Counted from the stretch's first letter, positions 20,456-29,282 are shown. The stretch is DNA of 64,000 nucleotides from Minisyncoccota bacterium (GCA_018062445.1 JAGOSG010000003.1:29842-93841), one strand, 5' to 3'. Numbers and translations are program-made. The notes: generated by a model from the letters alone, not told the origin.

Positions 20456-20477
20456 CTAACCCTTCCTTCCTTGTGTC

Positions 20478-22604
20478 CTATGCAGCTGGTTTCAATCCTT
20501 TTCGTGTTGCAAACTCTGGATCAATCATTTTTATTGAGAGATTCACGCGTCCTTGATCGTCTACTTCTTTTACTACTACTTTTACAATGTCTCCGACTTT
20601 AAATGCTTCGTCTACCGTCGCTATTCTAAATGGTGCAACTTCAGAAATATGCACCAACCCCTCAGCTTTAGCACTGAGTTTTATGAATGCGCCGAAGTTC
20701 ATGAGACGAGTAACTGGTCCTTCAATAATGTCGCCGACTTTGAATACTCGCGTTATGTCGCGGATGATTTGAGCAGCCTTCTCTGGTGCATCGGCGAGTC
20801 CTGTAAGAAATACTGTGCCGTCATCTTCTATCGTCACTGAGGCAACACCAGTTTCTTCTTCGATTTTTCTAATATTCTTTCCTTGTGGACCGATGACCAT
20901 ACCGATCATGTCGACAGGAATTGAGATAGAAACTATTTTTGGTGCGCGTGGCGAAATATCTTTACGAGGTTCTGCAATAGCGCCAGCCATAACTTCAAGA
21001 ATACTCAGGCGCGCCTTTTTTGCCGCAATAAGTCCTTCTGCTAATACTGCCACTGGTACACCTTCAACTTTTACATCGAGCTGAATTGCAGTTACTCCAT
21101 TTTTTGTACCCGCTACTTTAAAGTCCATGTCGCCATGGTGGTCTTCAGGTCCCTGGATGTCAGTCATTATTGCGTAACGAGTTGGGCTATCGTACATGAC
21201 ACCCATAGCAATACCAGCTACAGGAGATGTCATTGGTACTCCCCCATCCATGAGTGCAAGCGTTGATGCACACACAGAAGCCATGGATGTGGAACCATTT
21301 GATGCGAGCGCTTCAGACACTAAACGAATTGTGTAGGGGAAGACTTCTCTTGATGGAATAGCAGCTGAGAGTGCTTTTTCTGCAAGTGCGCCGTGACCAA
21401 TCATGCGACGATTCATACCACCCATGCGTCCGGTTTCTCCAACTGAAAATGGAGGAAAGTTGTAGTGATGCATGAAGTGCTTTTTTACTTTCTTGCCTTC
21501 AATAGAATCCACCACTTGCGAATCATCGGGTCCACCCAAGGTGAGAGCTGAGAAAACGTGCGTTCCGCCTCGATAGAAAATTCCTGAGCCGTGAAGTATT
21601 GGAGAAAAACCACCTGCCTCAGCGAACAGCGGCCTGAGTTCATCAAGGGCTCTACCGTCAACGCGTTCTTTATTGTCAATGGCGCGGGTACGCATTGCTT
21701 CTGCGACCTGATCTTCAAAATATGAGTCAGCCATTTTCACTATTTCTGGAGCCGTTTCAGCAACGGTTTTCAAAAATCTATCTTTCAATTCCCCCATCGC
21801 CTCTTTACCAGGGACTCCTGAGAAGACTGCTTTTCCAAATTCTCCTTCTACTGCCTTAAAGAATTCAGGAATTTGTGGATCAACAACACGGACGGGTACT
21901 ATTTTTTTCTGCTTGCCCATAGCAGTGATTATTTCTTTTTGGAATTTCTGTATTTTTTCGATTTCTTCAACTCCGCGCGTTAGTGCAGCGGTGAGTACAT
22001 CCTCATCGACTTCTTTTGCGCCAACCTCAACCATAGTAACAACACCGTCTTTACCACACACCAGTAAGTCGAGTTCTGCGTCATCGGCATTTCTCATTGC
22101 GTAGGTAGGGTTCACGATAAATTCAGTCGTTCCCTTTTTTCGTCCAATGCGCACTGCAGATACGGGACCATTCCATGGGGTTGGAGAGATAGCGAGGGCG
22201 ATTGATGCAGCATTCACTGCAAGAATATCTGGGTCGTCTTCTTCAATTGAAAGTACCGTAGTAACCACCTGTACTTCTTGGCGGAGATTGCTATCAAAGA
22301 GTGGGCGCACCGTGCGGTCAATGACACGTCCAGAAAGAATGGCGTCCTCAGACGGCCTGCCTTCCCTGCGGATATACTGTGAACCTAAAATAGAGCCTGC
22401 CGCATAAAACTTCTCTTCGTACTCAACGGTGAGTGGAAAATAATCAATGTCATTGCGCTCTTTTTTACTCATGACTGCCGTTGCAAACACTATCGTGTTG
22501 CCGTAGCGAACAATGACACTTCCGTGCGCTTGCTCAGCAAGGTCTGTGAATGTAGCGGTTAATTTCTTCCCGCCAATTTCAGTCGAGAATTCTTTTTTTT
22601 GCAT
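20478..22604 (-). CDS. pnp: polyribonucleotide nucleotidyltransferase (PNPase)
   Basis: Two RNase PH domains, KH and S1 domains; 708 aa. Confidence 0.95.
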   Translation of the reverse strand: MQKKEFSTEIGGKKLTATFTDLAEQAHGSVIVRYGNTIVFATAVMSKKERNDIDYFPLTVEYEEKFYAAGSILGSQYIRREGRPSEDAILSGRVIDRTVRPLFDSNLRQEVQVVTTVLSIEEDDPDILAVNAASIALAISPTPWNGPVSAVRIGRKKGTTEFIVNPTYAMRNADDAELDLLVCGKDGVVTMVEVGAKEVDEDVLTAALTRGVEEIEKIQKFQKEIITAMGKQKKIVPVRVVDPQIPEFFKAVEGEFGKAVFSGVPGKEAMGELKDRFLKTVAETAPEIVKMADSYFEDQVAEAMRTRAIDNKERVDGRALDELRPLFAEAGGFSPILHGSGIFYRGGTHVFSALTLGGPDDSQVVDSIEGKKVKKHFMHHYNFPPFSVGETGRMGGMNRRMIGHGALAEKALSAAIPSREVFPYTIRLVSEALASNGSTSMASVCASTLALMDGGVPMTSPVAGIAMGVMYDSPTRYAIMTDIQGPEDHHGDMDFKVAGTKNGVTAIQLDVKVEGVPVAVLAEGLIAAKKARLSILEVMAGAIAEPRKDISPRAPKIVSISIPVDMIGMVIGPQGKNIRKIEEETGVASVTIEDDGTVFLTGLADAPEKAAQIIRDITRVFKVGDIIEGPVTRLMNFGAFIKLSAKAEGLVHISEVAPFRIATVDEAFKVGDIVKVVVKEVDDQGRVNLSIKMIDPEFATRKGLKPAA

Positions 22605-22694
22605 GTATCTCTTTGTTATGAGATTCGCAGATTTCAGGTTCGGCGAGCCGTCCTGCCTATCTGAGAACCTCGCTTTTAATATGTTGAGTATAGC

Positions 22695-22726
22695 AAAAAA
22701 CGCCTTTTGTGAAAGACGTTTTTTGT
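22695..22726 (-). terminator. hairpin with flanking A/T runs in the NYN-pnp intergenic region (terminator or pnp leader processing hairpin)
   Basis: aaaaaacg-(14-nt loop)-cgtttttt. Confidence 0.3.
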
Positions 22727-22745
22727 AAAGTGTCTGCTGTTACAA

Positions 22746-22788
22746 AAAGCTGAAAGCTGAAAGCTGGAACCTGACACCTGAAAGCTTC
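22746..22788. repeat. family A repeat copy
   Basis: aaagctgaaagctgaaagctggaacctgacacctgaaagcttc; between NYN stop and pnp start. Confidence 0.6.
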
Positions 22789-22792
22789 TCAG

Positions 22793-23416
22793 CTATCTCT
22801 CATCCGTATCTGATCCAACTACCATAGGAGCAGAGTCGTCATCATCGAATGTTCCATGTTTTGGGGCAGTGCCAATTGCTTCTGCTGCCATATCAAGGAA
22901 GTTTTTGCCGTGAGGCATGAGGAACTTTTTAGGTTCTTCCGACATGTCAATAAAGTCGTTTGCGGACTCTATGAGTCGTGCTGAGGATGATTTACCAAAC
23001 GAGATAACTTCCACTTGTGTGCCGTGGCTGTTTTTAAGGTACTCAACGAGCGGTACGAAGTCCCCGTCCCCTGTTGCAAGGATAACGGCATCTAGTTTTG
23101 GAGCCATCTTTACAGCATCAACTGCCATACCAACATCCCAGTCTGCCTTCTTTGCACCACCATAGAAAATTTGGAGATCCTTTGTTTTAGTTTCGATACC
23201 AATTTTTGTCAGTGCATCAAAAAATGCTTTCTCTTCGCCAGATTCTGTTGTCACTACATACGCGACTGCACGAATAAGGATGCGCCCCGCAACTGATTCC
23301 TTTAGAACATTTGCGAAATTGACCCTCGCTTTGTATAAGTTTTTTGCACTGTGATAGAGATTTTGTGTGTCTATGAAGACACCAACCCTCTGTGCTTTGT
23401 GTTTAATTGCTGCCAT
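22793..23416 (-). CDS. NYN-domain (LabA-like) protein
   Basis: RVGVFIDTQNLYHSAK.. N-terminus typical of PF01936. Confidence 0.75.
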   Translation of the reverse strand: MAAIKHKAQRVGVFIDTQNLYHSAKNLYKARVNFANVLKESVAGRILIRAVAYVVTTESGEEKAFFDALTKIGIETKTKDLQIFYGGAKKADWDVGMAVDAVKMAPKLDAVILATGDGDFVPLVEYLKNSHGTQVEVISFGKSSSARLIESANDFIDMSEEPKKFLMPHGKNFLDMAAEAIGTAPKHGTFDDDDSAPMVVGSDTDER

Positions 23417-23420
23417 ATAA

Positions 23421-23456
23421 ATTAGGTTTTAGGTGCTAGCTTCTAGGAACTAGCTT
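23421..23456. repeat. family B leader motif upstream of the NYN gene
   Basis: aaattaggttttaggtgctagcttctaggaactagc; coding sense ..cctaaaacctaatttATG. Confidence 0.5.
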
Positions 23457-23583
23457 AATGAAAATAAGTAATTAATTTAAAAATATCGACCTCTTGAGTG
23501 TAGACGGTCTAAGGTCAGAGTAGCTTACAAGAAGAACGGATATAGCCGTCTCTTCATACTACTCCCCGTTGAGTAAAAAAGAT

Positions 23584-23751
23584 TCAAGCGGTTCCTACGG
23601 TCCTGCGTCGTCGCCCGTCTTTAGTGTCAGGATTCCTAGGCCCACTGATGAGTCTTGCTATAGCATCAAGCGCCTCTTGAGCCCGTTCATTTCGGCGGGC
23701 ACTTCTGAATGATCCGTTACCTTCACTGTGAGATGTTCCTGCTTCTCCCAT
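23584..23751 (-). CDS. possible small ORF (55 aa) in rpsO-NYN gap
   Basis: ATG..TGA frame MGEAGTSHSEGNGSFRSARRNERAQEALDAIARLISGP..; below ORF-track cut-off; no SD. Confidence 0.2.
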   Translation of the reverse strand: MGEAGTSHSEGNGSFRSARRNERAQEALDAIARLISGPRNPDTKDGRRRRTVGTA

Positions 23752-23846
23752 ATTTTTTTGCTTATGAAAATTACTTTCCTAAGCAACAATTATACTACCT
23801 CGGTAGCAAACTCAAAAAACAATTCAGAAGGATAAATGCAGAGAAA

Positions 23847-24113
23847 CTACTTCTTCAAGCCCAAACTCTTGATGACCTTGTTGTATTCCTTTTTGTCGGA
23901 CTTTTCGAGGTATTTGAGGTGGCTTCGTCGGTCAGCAACCATCTGAAGAAGGCCCCGGCGTGAGTGCTTATCCTTGAGGTGCTTGCGGAGGTGTGTGGTT
24001 AATTCACCGATTTGTTTCGTTAAAAGGGCAACTTGAACAGATGCTGAGCCAGTATCAGTCTGGTGTTTCTGTACGGTCTTCATAACCCGTGCTTTCTGCG
24101 TTTTGGTGAGCAT
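23847..24113 (-). CDS. rpsO: 30S ribosomal protein S15
   Basis: MLTKTQKARV..GSASVQVALLT..HSRRGLLQMV..; start taken at the internal Met of the ORF. Confidence 0.9.
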   Translation of the reverse strand: MLTKTQKARVMKTVQKHQTDTGSASVQVALLTKQIGELTTHLRKHLKDKHSRRGLLQMVADRRSHLKYLEKSDKKEYNKVIKSLGLKK

Positions 24114-24156
24114 GTGCGCCAATATACCACGCACTTAGGCTTTTCGCAAGAATATT

Positions 24157-25086
24157 GTGCGAAGTTGGCGTTATACTCTATGGATGGATATTCAGAACCT
24201 GAAACGAGAATTTCTTGAATACATTGAGATCACTAAAGGTCGAAGTATAAAAACTGTTGAAAATTACGACCACTACCTCACTCGCTTCCTCGAATTTTCA
24301 AAAGCGAGTGATGTTGCTGATGTGAGCGAAGAAAAACTTCGTGAATTTCGTTTGTGGCTTAACCGCCAGCCAGGCACAGCTGGCAATATGATGAAACGCA
24401 AAACTCAGAACTACTACCTTATTGCGCTTCGCGCATTTTTAAAATTTCTTGCAAAGCGAGGCATTAAAGCGCTTCCCCCTGAACATATTGAGCTTGCAAA
24501 GGTTCCGGAGCGCTCACTCGACCTCATTACAGCGAACGAATTGGAGCGGTTAATGAAGTCTCCTGTGGGGAATGGAGTAAAAGAGCTCCGTGACAGAGCC
24601 ATTATGGAAATGTTTTTCTCAACCGGGCTTCGTGTCTCCGAATTATGTGCACTTGATACTGATTTAGACCTTTCTCGTGATGAACTCTCTGTTCGCGGAA
24701 AAGGCGATAAAGTGCGTGTAGTGTTTCTCTCCCCTACCGCAAAGACCAGCGTGTCTGCGTATTTAAAAGCACGAAAAGATATGGCCGAAGCTTTGTTTGT
24801 TCGACATAGTACGGGGAAGAAAATTCCTTCACGTCTCACCCCTCGCTCTATAGAGAATATTATAAAAAGTTGTGCCATTAAGGCAGGTATTACAAAAAAA
24901 GTTACCCCTCACGTCATTCGCCACTCGTTTGCCACTGATCTTTTGGAAAATGGTGCTGATTTACGTAGCGTTCAAGCCCTTTTAGGTCATGCAAATATTG
25001 CCACTACGCAGATTTATACGCACGTTACCGACAAGCACCTCCTCGATGTACATAAGGCGTTTCATGGAAAGAAAAGAGTGAAGTAA
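24157..25086 (+). CDS. xerD: tyrosine site-specific recombinase XerC/XerD family
   Basis: SAM-like N-domain; catalytic R..HxxR..Y (RHSFATDLLENGADLRSVQALLGHANIATTQIYTHV). Confidence 0.85.
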   Translation: MRSWRYTLWMDIQNLKREFLEYIEITKGRSIKTVENYDHYLTRFLEFSKASDVADVSEEKLREFRLWLNRQPGTAGNMMKRKTQNYYLIALRAFLKFLAKRGIKALPPEHIELAKVPERSLDLITANELERLMKSPVGNGVKELRDRAIMEMFFSTGLRVSELCALDTDLDLSRDELSVRGKGDKVRVVFLSPTAKTSVSAYLKARKDMAEALFVRHSTGKKIPSRLTPRSIENIIKSCAIKAGITKKVTPHVIRHSFATDLLENGADLRSVQALLGHANIATTQIYTHVTDKHLLDVHKAFHGKKRVK

Positions 25087-25099
25087 CATGTTTTGAAGT

Positions 25100-25897
25100 A
25101 TGAAACTCATATCGTGGAACGTGAACGGCATTCGGGCAGTCCATAGGAAGGATCTCTTCGTACCGTTTGTAGAGAAATACAAGCCAGACATTCTCTGTTT
25201 GCAAGAAACAAAGGCAGAACAGCACCAGTCAGAAGTGGATTTGCCTGAGTATGAGGAATATTGGAATTCAGCCACGAAGAAAGGCTATGCAGGCACAGCA
25301 ATTTTCACCCGCATGAAACCCAAGAGTGTTCTTCTCGACTTTCCAAGCGACATTGTTTCAAAGTTTGCATTCAAAGATTCGTACGGCGACACTAATAGCG
25401 AAGGCAGGGTACTTGCCCTTGAATTTGAGAAGTTTTTTGCAGTAACGGTTTACACACCAAATTCTAAACCTGACCTAAGTCGTTTAAAGCTTCGCCACTC
25501 TGTGTGGGATACGGCCTTTCTTTTGTATATGAAGCAATTAGAAAAGAAAAAGCCAGTTATTTTTTGTGGTGACTTGAATGCAGCACACACTGAAGATGAC
25601 CTTGCAAATCCGAAAGCAAATGAGGGTGAGCACGGATTCACTAAGGAAGAGCGAGAAGGAATTGATTCTATTATCAAGGCGGGTTTTGTTGATTCATTTA
25701 GGATATTTACGAAAGGGAAAGGACACTATAGTTGGTGGAGTCATTTTGCAAAGTCTCGCGAGCGAAATGTTGGCTGGCGTATTGATTACTTTTTTGTTAG
25801 CAAAGCCCTTGCACCTTCTGTAAAAAAAGCAGAAATCCTCCCACAAGTTTTAGGCTCTGACCATTGCCCTGTCACCCTCGAAATCAAGATCGAATAG
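25100..25897 (+). CDS. xth: exodeoxyribonuclease III
   Basis: MKLISWNVNGIRA..LCLQETK; ExoIII/APE fold, 265 aa. Confidence 0.9.
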   Translation: MKLISWNVNGIRAVHRKDLFVPFVEKYKPDILCLQETKAEQHQSEVDLPEYEEYWNSATKKGYAGTAIFTRMKPKSVLLDFPSDIVSKFAFKDSYGDTNSEGRVLALEFEKFFAVTVYTPNSKPDLSRLKLRHSVWDTAFLLYMKQLEKKKPVIFCGDLNAAHTEDDLANPKANEGEHGFTKEEREGIDSIIKAGFVDSFRIFTKGKGHYSWWSHFAKSRERNVGWRIDYFFVSKALAPSVKKAEILPQVLGSDHCPVTLEIKIE

Positions 25898-26281
25898 AAT
25901 GTGCCCGATATAGGTGTTTCCCGTTCTGTGCAACCTCCGGAGGTTGCACAGAAGAGCCTCAAACGAATATAGGTAAACGATATGCACAGGGTAAAGCTAG
26001 GAATTCCTAAAGGACAGGAGATAATCATATAGGACAGTTCTTTCCTGAGGCAGATCAGAAGCCCAAGTTATACGCGCTTTCAAAAAACATTGATAAAGAG
26101 GCGCTATAAAGGCATCTGCCCTTAAAGGCTCGCTATACGGGGATTCCGTACAGCGGGCTTTTTCTATAGGACATGAGTAGGAGTTGCTGTTTCTATTTTC
26201 ACTAAACTCTAGTCACTAAGTGATCCCCGTGGATCTGACGAAGCCTGTTCCCTACGGAACCGACGAAGCGTCGCCTGCTTC

Positions 26282-27745
26282 TTATACATGGTGCTTTGCT
26301 CTGATTTCTTCAAGTTCTTTCTCTTCCGCCTTTTCACGAGCTTTTTTCCCCTCTTCCCCCATCTCTTTGAGCGTGGAATCCTCCATTAGTGACAGAATCT
26401 GAACTTTTTCTTCCAGATATTCTTTCGTATTCTTTTTGGGGTCTTCTAGCACCTCTTCTAGTAATGCGTGCAATATCCAACCAACTCGAGGCCCTGGTTT
26501 TTCACCGAGGATTTTTATAACGGATTCTCCATTAACTGCCAGCATGGCAACCGAGATAGGATCACGAAGCGCCTCATCCACCATTGATTTATATTTACGA
26601 AAACGAAATGGCTGCTCCTTAGGGCGACCAGTACCAATGCGGTCGCAGATACGGAGATTCAGGAGGTCCCAAATATTTTCCTGCCCAACATTAACTATCA
26701 TGCGCCTAACGGCTGAAAGTGTAATTTTGTCAGGGTCTGAAAAGAACATGTGCCAGCGCACCAGCTTAGTCGTTTTTTCAATGATTTCGTTTGGGAATTT
26801 TAAATCTTGAAGAGCCCGTTTTGCCACTCGAGCACCAACCACTTCATGTCCATGGAATGTCCAATCCTTTTTTTCATCAGACCACCGCCTAGTTTCTGGT
26901 TTTGAGATGTCATGGAAAAGCGCAGCAAGGCGGATGATAAACGGCCACTCTTTGTCAGCAGCATGTTGCATGGCGCGAAGCAGGTGTTCGAATACATCGA
27001 ATGAGTGTGCCTGATTTTGTCCTATGCCAATTCCCCGCTCGATGTCTGGTGCAATATATTTCAAAAGCCCAAGTTTATGGGAAAGAAAGATTGCTTGCAT
27101 CGGCGTGGCAGTTTCAAGAATACGAATAAATTCATCACGGATTCTTTCTTTAGATATTTTTTCAAGTTGTGGAGCATTTGCGTGCAAGGCCTCAGCCGTC
27201 TCTTGTTCAATAGCAAACCCTAGTTCTGCCGAAAGACGAACGCCACGCATCATGCGAAGAGCATCTTCTTGAAAGCGTGCACTAGGGTTTCCTACGGCTT
27301 TAATTAAGCATTTTTTTATGTCTTCATGGCCCCCGTGCAGATCCACCATCTCCCCTGTTTTTGGTCGATATGCGATGGCGTTCACTGTAAAATCTCTCCG
27401 TTTTAAATCTTCCTCCAGAGAAACACCAAACTCCACACTGTCGGGTCTTCGGGCATCTGAGTAGGTGCCTTCTTTGCGGTATGGTGTGACCTCAATAACC
27501 TTAAGTGTTGGGTCTTCCGACTCCCCTACTACGCCGACAGTTCCATATGTATTTTCATAGAAAGTTTCTGGAAATATTTTCTGTATCTCTTCAGGTGTTG
27601 CATTTGTTGTAAGATCCCAATCTTTCGGTTTTTTCTCAAGAATAATGTCACGAACGCAACCTCCAACTAGGTATGCTTCAAAGCCGGTATTCTCAAGGCC
27701 ATCAGCAACGAGCAGTACTTCTTTTGGAATTGCTAATTTCGTCAT
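26282..27745 (-). CDS. cca: CCA tRNA nucleotidyltransferase with HD domain
   Basis: GGCVRD nucleotidyltransferase motif and C-terminal HD domain. Confidence 0.85.
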   Translation of the reverse strand: MTKLAIPKEVLLVADGLENTGFEAYLVGGCVRDIILEKKPKDWDLTTNATPEEIQKIFPETFYENTYGTVGVVGESEDPTLKVIEVTPYRKEGTYSDARRPDSVEFGVSLEEDLKRRDFTVNAIAYRPKTGEMVDLHGGHEDIKKCLIKAVGNPSARFQEDALRMMRGVRLSAELGFAIEQETAEALHANAPQLEKISKERIRDEFIRILETATPMQAIFLSHKLGLLKYIAPDIERGIGIGQNQAHSFDVFEHLLRAMQHAADKEWPFIIRLAALFHDISKPETRRWSDEKKDWTFHGHEVVGARVAKRALQDLKFPNEIIEKTTKLVRWHMFFSDPDKITLSAVRRMIVNVGQENIWDLLNLRICDRIGTGRPKEQPFRFRKYKSMVDEALRDPISVAMLAVNGESVIKILGEKPGPRVGWILHALLEEVLEDPKKNTKEYLEEKVQILSLMEDSTLKEMGEEGKKAREKAEEKELEEIRAKHHV

Positions 27746-27815
27746 AGGCTCATTGTACGATAGGAACTTGGCACTCTAGTGGCTCGAGTATAAGAAAATT
27801 TCTGTGTGAAATTTA

Positions 27816-27975
27816 ATTGTACTCCCGGAGGGATTCGGTCACGCATAATTTTCCTCTGAAAATTTTAGCTAAGCCTCTCGGCACGATTTTCTAATCGCCC
27901 GCCTCACTCGCCTTCGCTCGCTCCGGCTTTCGAATCCCTCCGCAACATAGCAAAATCTGCTAACGCCGATTTTTT
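27816..27975 (-). ncRNA. tRNA-Arg-associated structured element (family of 3)
   Basis: Immediately 3' of tRNA-Arg on the minus strand; contains hairpin tagcagattttgcta, core ggagggattcgaaagccggagcg, and ends gtgaccgaatccctccgggagt, a copy of the tRNA-Arg T-arm/acceptor 3' end. Confidence 0.4.
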
Positions 27976-27978
27976 ATG

Positions 27979-28050
27979 TGCTCCCGGAGGGATTCGAACC
28001 CCCAACGACTGCTTCGAAGGCAGTTATGATATCCATTTCACTACAGGAGC
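27979..28050 (-). tRNA. tRNA-Arg (anticodon TCG)
   Basis: Manual fold: acceptor gctcctg/cgggagc, anticodon loop cTTCGAa, T-arm ggggg-ttcgaat-ccctc. Confidence 0.85.
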
Positions 28051-28172
28051 AACTGTTCTATCCTACGCTACACATTCGCTTCAAACAAATACCCCTTCAA
28101 AAGAAGGTCGGTGTTCTTGTAGAGCGTTCCCCTAGTCTCACTGACTCGAAGTGTGCTATAAATAAGCACATT

Positions 28173-28243
28173 GCGGGTATGGTTTAGTGGTAGAATGCGT
28201 CCTTGCCAAGGACGAGACTCGGGTTCGATTCCCGATACCCGCA
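28173..28243 (+). tRNA. tRNA-Gly (anticodon GCC)
   Basis: Acceptor gcgggta/tacccgc, anticodon loop tTGCCaa, T-loop ttcgatt; CCA not encoded. Confidence 0.9.
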
Positions 28244-28265
28244 CAAAAAATGAAGTTTTTTGTGC
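28242..28265 (+). terminator. hairpin with flanking A/T runs after tRNA-Gly
   Basis: cacaaaaaa-tgaag-ttttttgtg; the 5' arm is the tRNA 3' end. Confidence 0.5.
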
Positions 28266-28412
28266 GGGTATAGCAAGCCATTTGTTTGGCTTGCGTAAGG
28301 GAATCGAAGCGCGGAGCGATGTTTCCCGTTGCGGGAAACCGTGAGCGGGGGTTGCGACCGAGGCGAACATGGGTGAGCCGAGAGTTGTAACCGATTCCCG
28401 ATACCCGCACCA
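28264..28412 (+). ncRNA. tRNA-Gly-associated structured element (family of 3)
   Basis: Starts gcgggtat (same as tRNA-Gly 5' end), hairpin agcaagcca..tggcttgc, core gtaagggaatcgaagcgcggagcg, internal hairpin gtttcccgttgcgggaaac, ends gtaaccgattcccgatacccgcaCCA (21-nt copy of the tRNA-Gly 3' end plus encoded CCA). Confidence 0.45.
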
Positions 28413-28705
28413 ATTTTTATGTCAGCAGAGATAGTAGACTTTGAGTCGGCTCGCAGGAGTGACTTGTGGCGCAAGGCCCGCCCTCTAGTTGGCGCTCAAA
28501 TTATTCTTACTTTGAAGTGTTGGCGTGACAAGCCCAATAAACCAATCTCCAGGTTTCATTTACTTGGCACAGGAGTCAGTACATCTGGTAGACCAAGTTT
28601 ATTTGTACAAGCAGGCAGAGTCACTACATCGATAGCTATAGGCTTCGATGAGATAGACCGCATCGATTTTGAAAGTTGGGGTAAGGATGTTCCATAAGAA
28701 ACGCG

Positions 28706-28717
28706 TTTCACGTGAAA
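28706..28717. promoter_or_regulatory. perfect palindrome TTTCACGTGAAA (copy 1)
   Basis: 12-bp palindrome, repeated 151 bp downstream at the yraN start. Confidence 0.35.
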
Positions 28718-28856
28718 TATATGACCTTTATAGACGTTTTTGTGGATAACACTGTGCCTTATGTGTATAAAGGACATAATGTATTGTCCATGAATATGCC
28801 TCTAATCATTTAAATGGCTTTAAATAAAGGTTTATTGTAAAAGACAAATTTAGTAG

Positions 28857-28868
28857 TTTCACGTGAAA
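28857..28868. promoter_or_regulatory. perfect palindrome TTTCACGTGAAA (copy 2), abutting the yraN start codon
   Basis: Identical 12-mer ending 2 nt before the ATG at 28870. Confidence 0.35.
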
Positions 28869-28869
28869 C

Positions 28870-29271
28870 ATGGCTAAGCATAATGAAGTAGGAAAAATTG
28901 GAGAGGGTATAGCGAAGGAATTCCTTATGGGAAAAGGGTTTATATTTGTATCTGCAAACTACCGTAAACCATATGGAGAAATAGACCTTATCTTCAAGGA
29001 CATCTCAAATAAGTATGTATTTATTGAGGTTAAGAGTGTTTCATGGGAAACGCCCACCACAGGCAATCCTTCTGTTTCCCATGAAACACCTCACCCAGAG
29101 GAGAATATTCATCCCCAGAAGATTCAAAGATTGAAGCGAGTTATACAAACCTACCTTGTTTCACATGAAATAGTGGGGGATTGGCAGTTTGATGTCATTG
29201 CAGTTTTTCTTGATCAGAAAAACCAAAATGCCAAAATCAGGCATTTAAAAAATATTATCTTAGAGACTTAA
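28870..29271 (+). CDS. yraN: YraN family (UPF0102) endonuclease-like protein
   Basis: GEIDLIF.D....VFIEVK motif. Confidence 0.75.
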   Translation: MAKHNEVGKIGEGIAKEFLMGKGFIFVSANYRKPYGEIDLIFKDISNKYVFIEVKSVSWETPTTGNPSVSHETPHPEENIHPQKIQRLKRVIQTYLVSHEIVGDWQFDVIAVFLDQKNQNAKIRHLKNIILET

Positions 29272-29282
29272 ATCAAACTTAG

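Noticed and set aside
23417-23846. Tested the rpsO-NYN gap by eye for RNase P RNA, tmRNA, SRP RNA signatures
   Set aside because: Conserved blocks (GGAAAGUCCGGGCUCC for RNase P, the tmRNA tRNA-Ala-like ends, the SRP GGAAGCAGCCAAGGCAG) were not found. It cannot be called a known ncRNA without a covariance-model search.
24134-24157. Longer N-terminal extension of the rpsO ORF (MRGILAHM...)
   Set aside because: S15 homologues begin at the internal Met (MLTKTQKAR..). The extension overlaps the divergent xerD promoter region.
28068-28474. Three overlapping minus-strand ORFs (85-100 aa) across the tRNA-Gly region
   Set aside because: They overlap a confident tRNA and the structured tRNA-linked element. 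Their translations are Arg/Ser/Pro-rich read-through of GC-rich RNA sequence.
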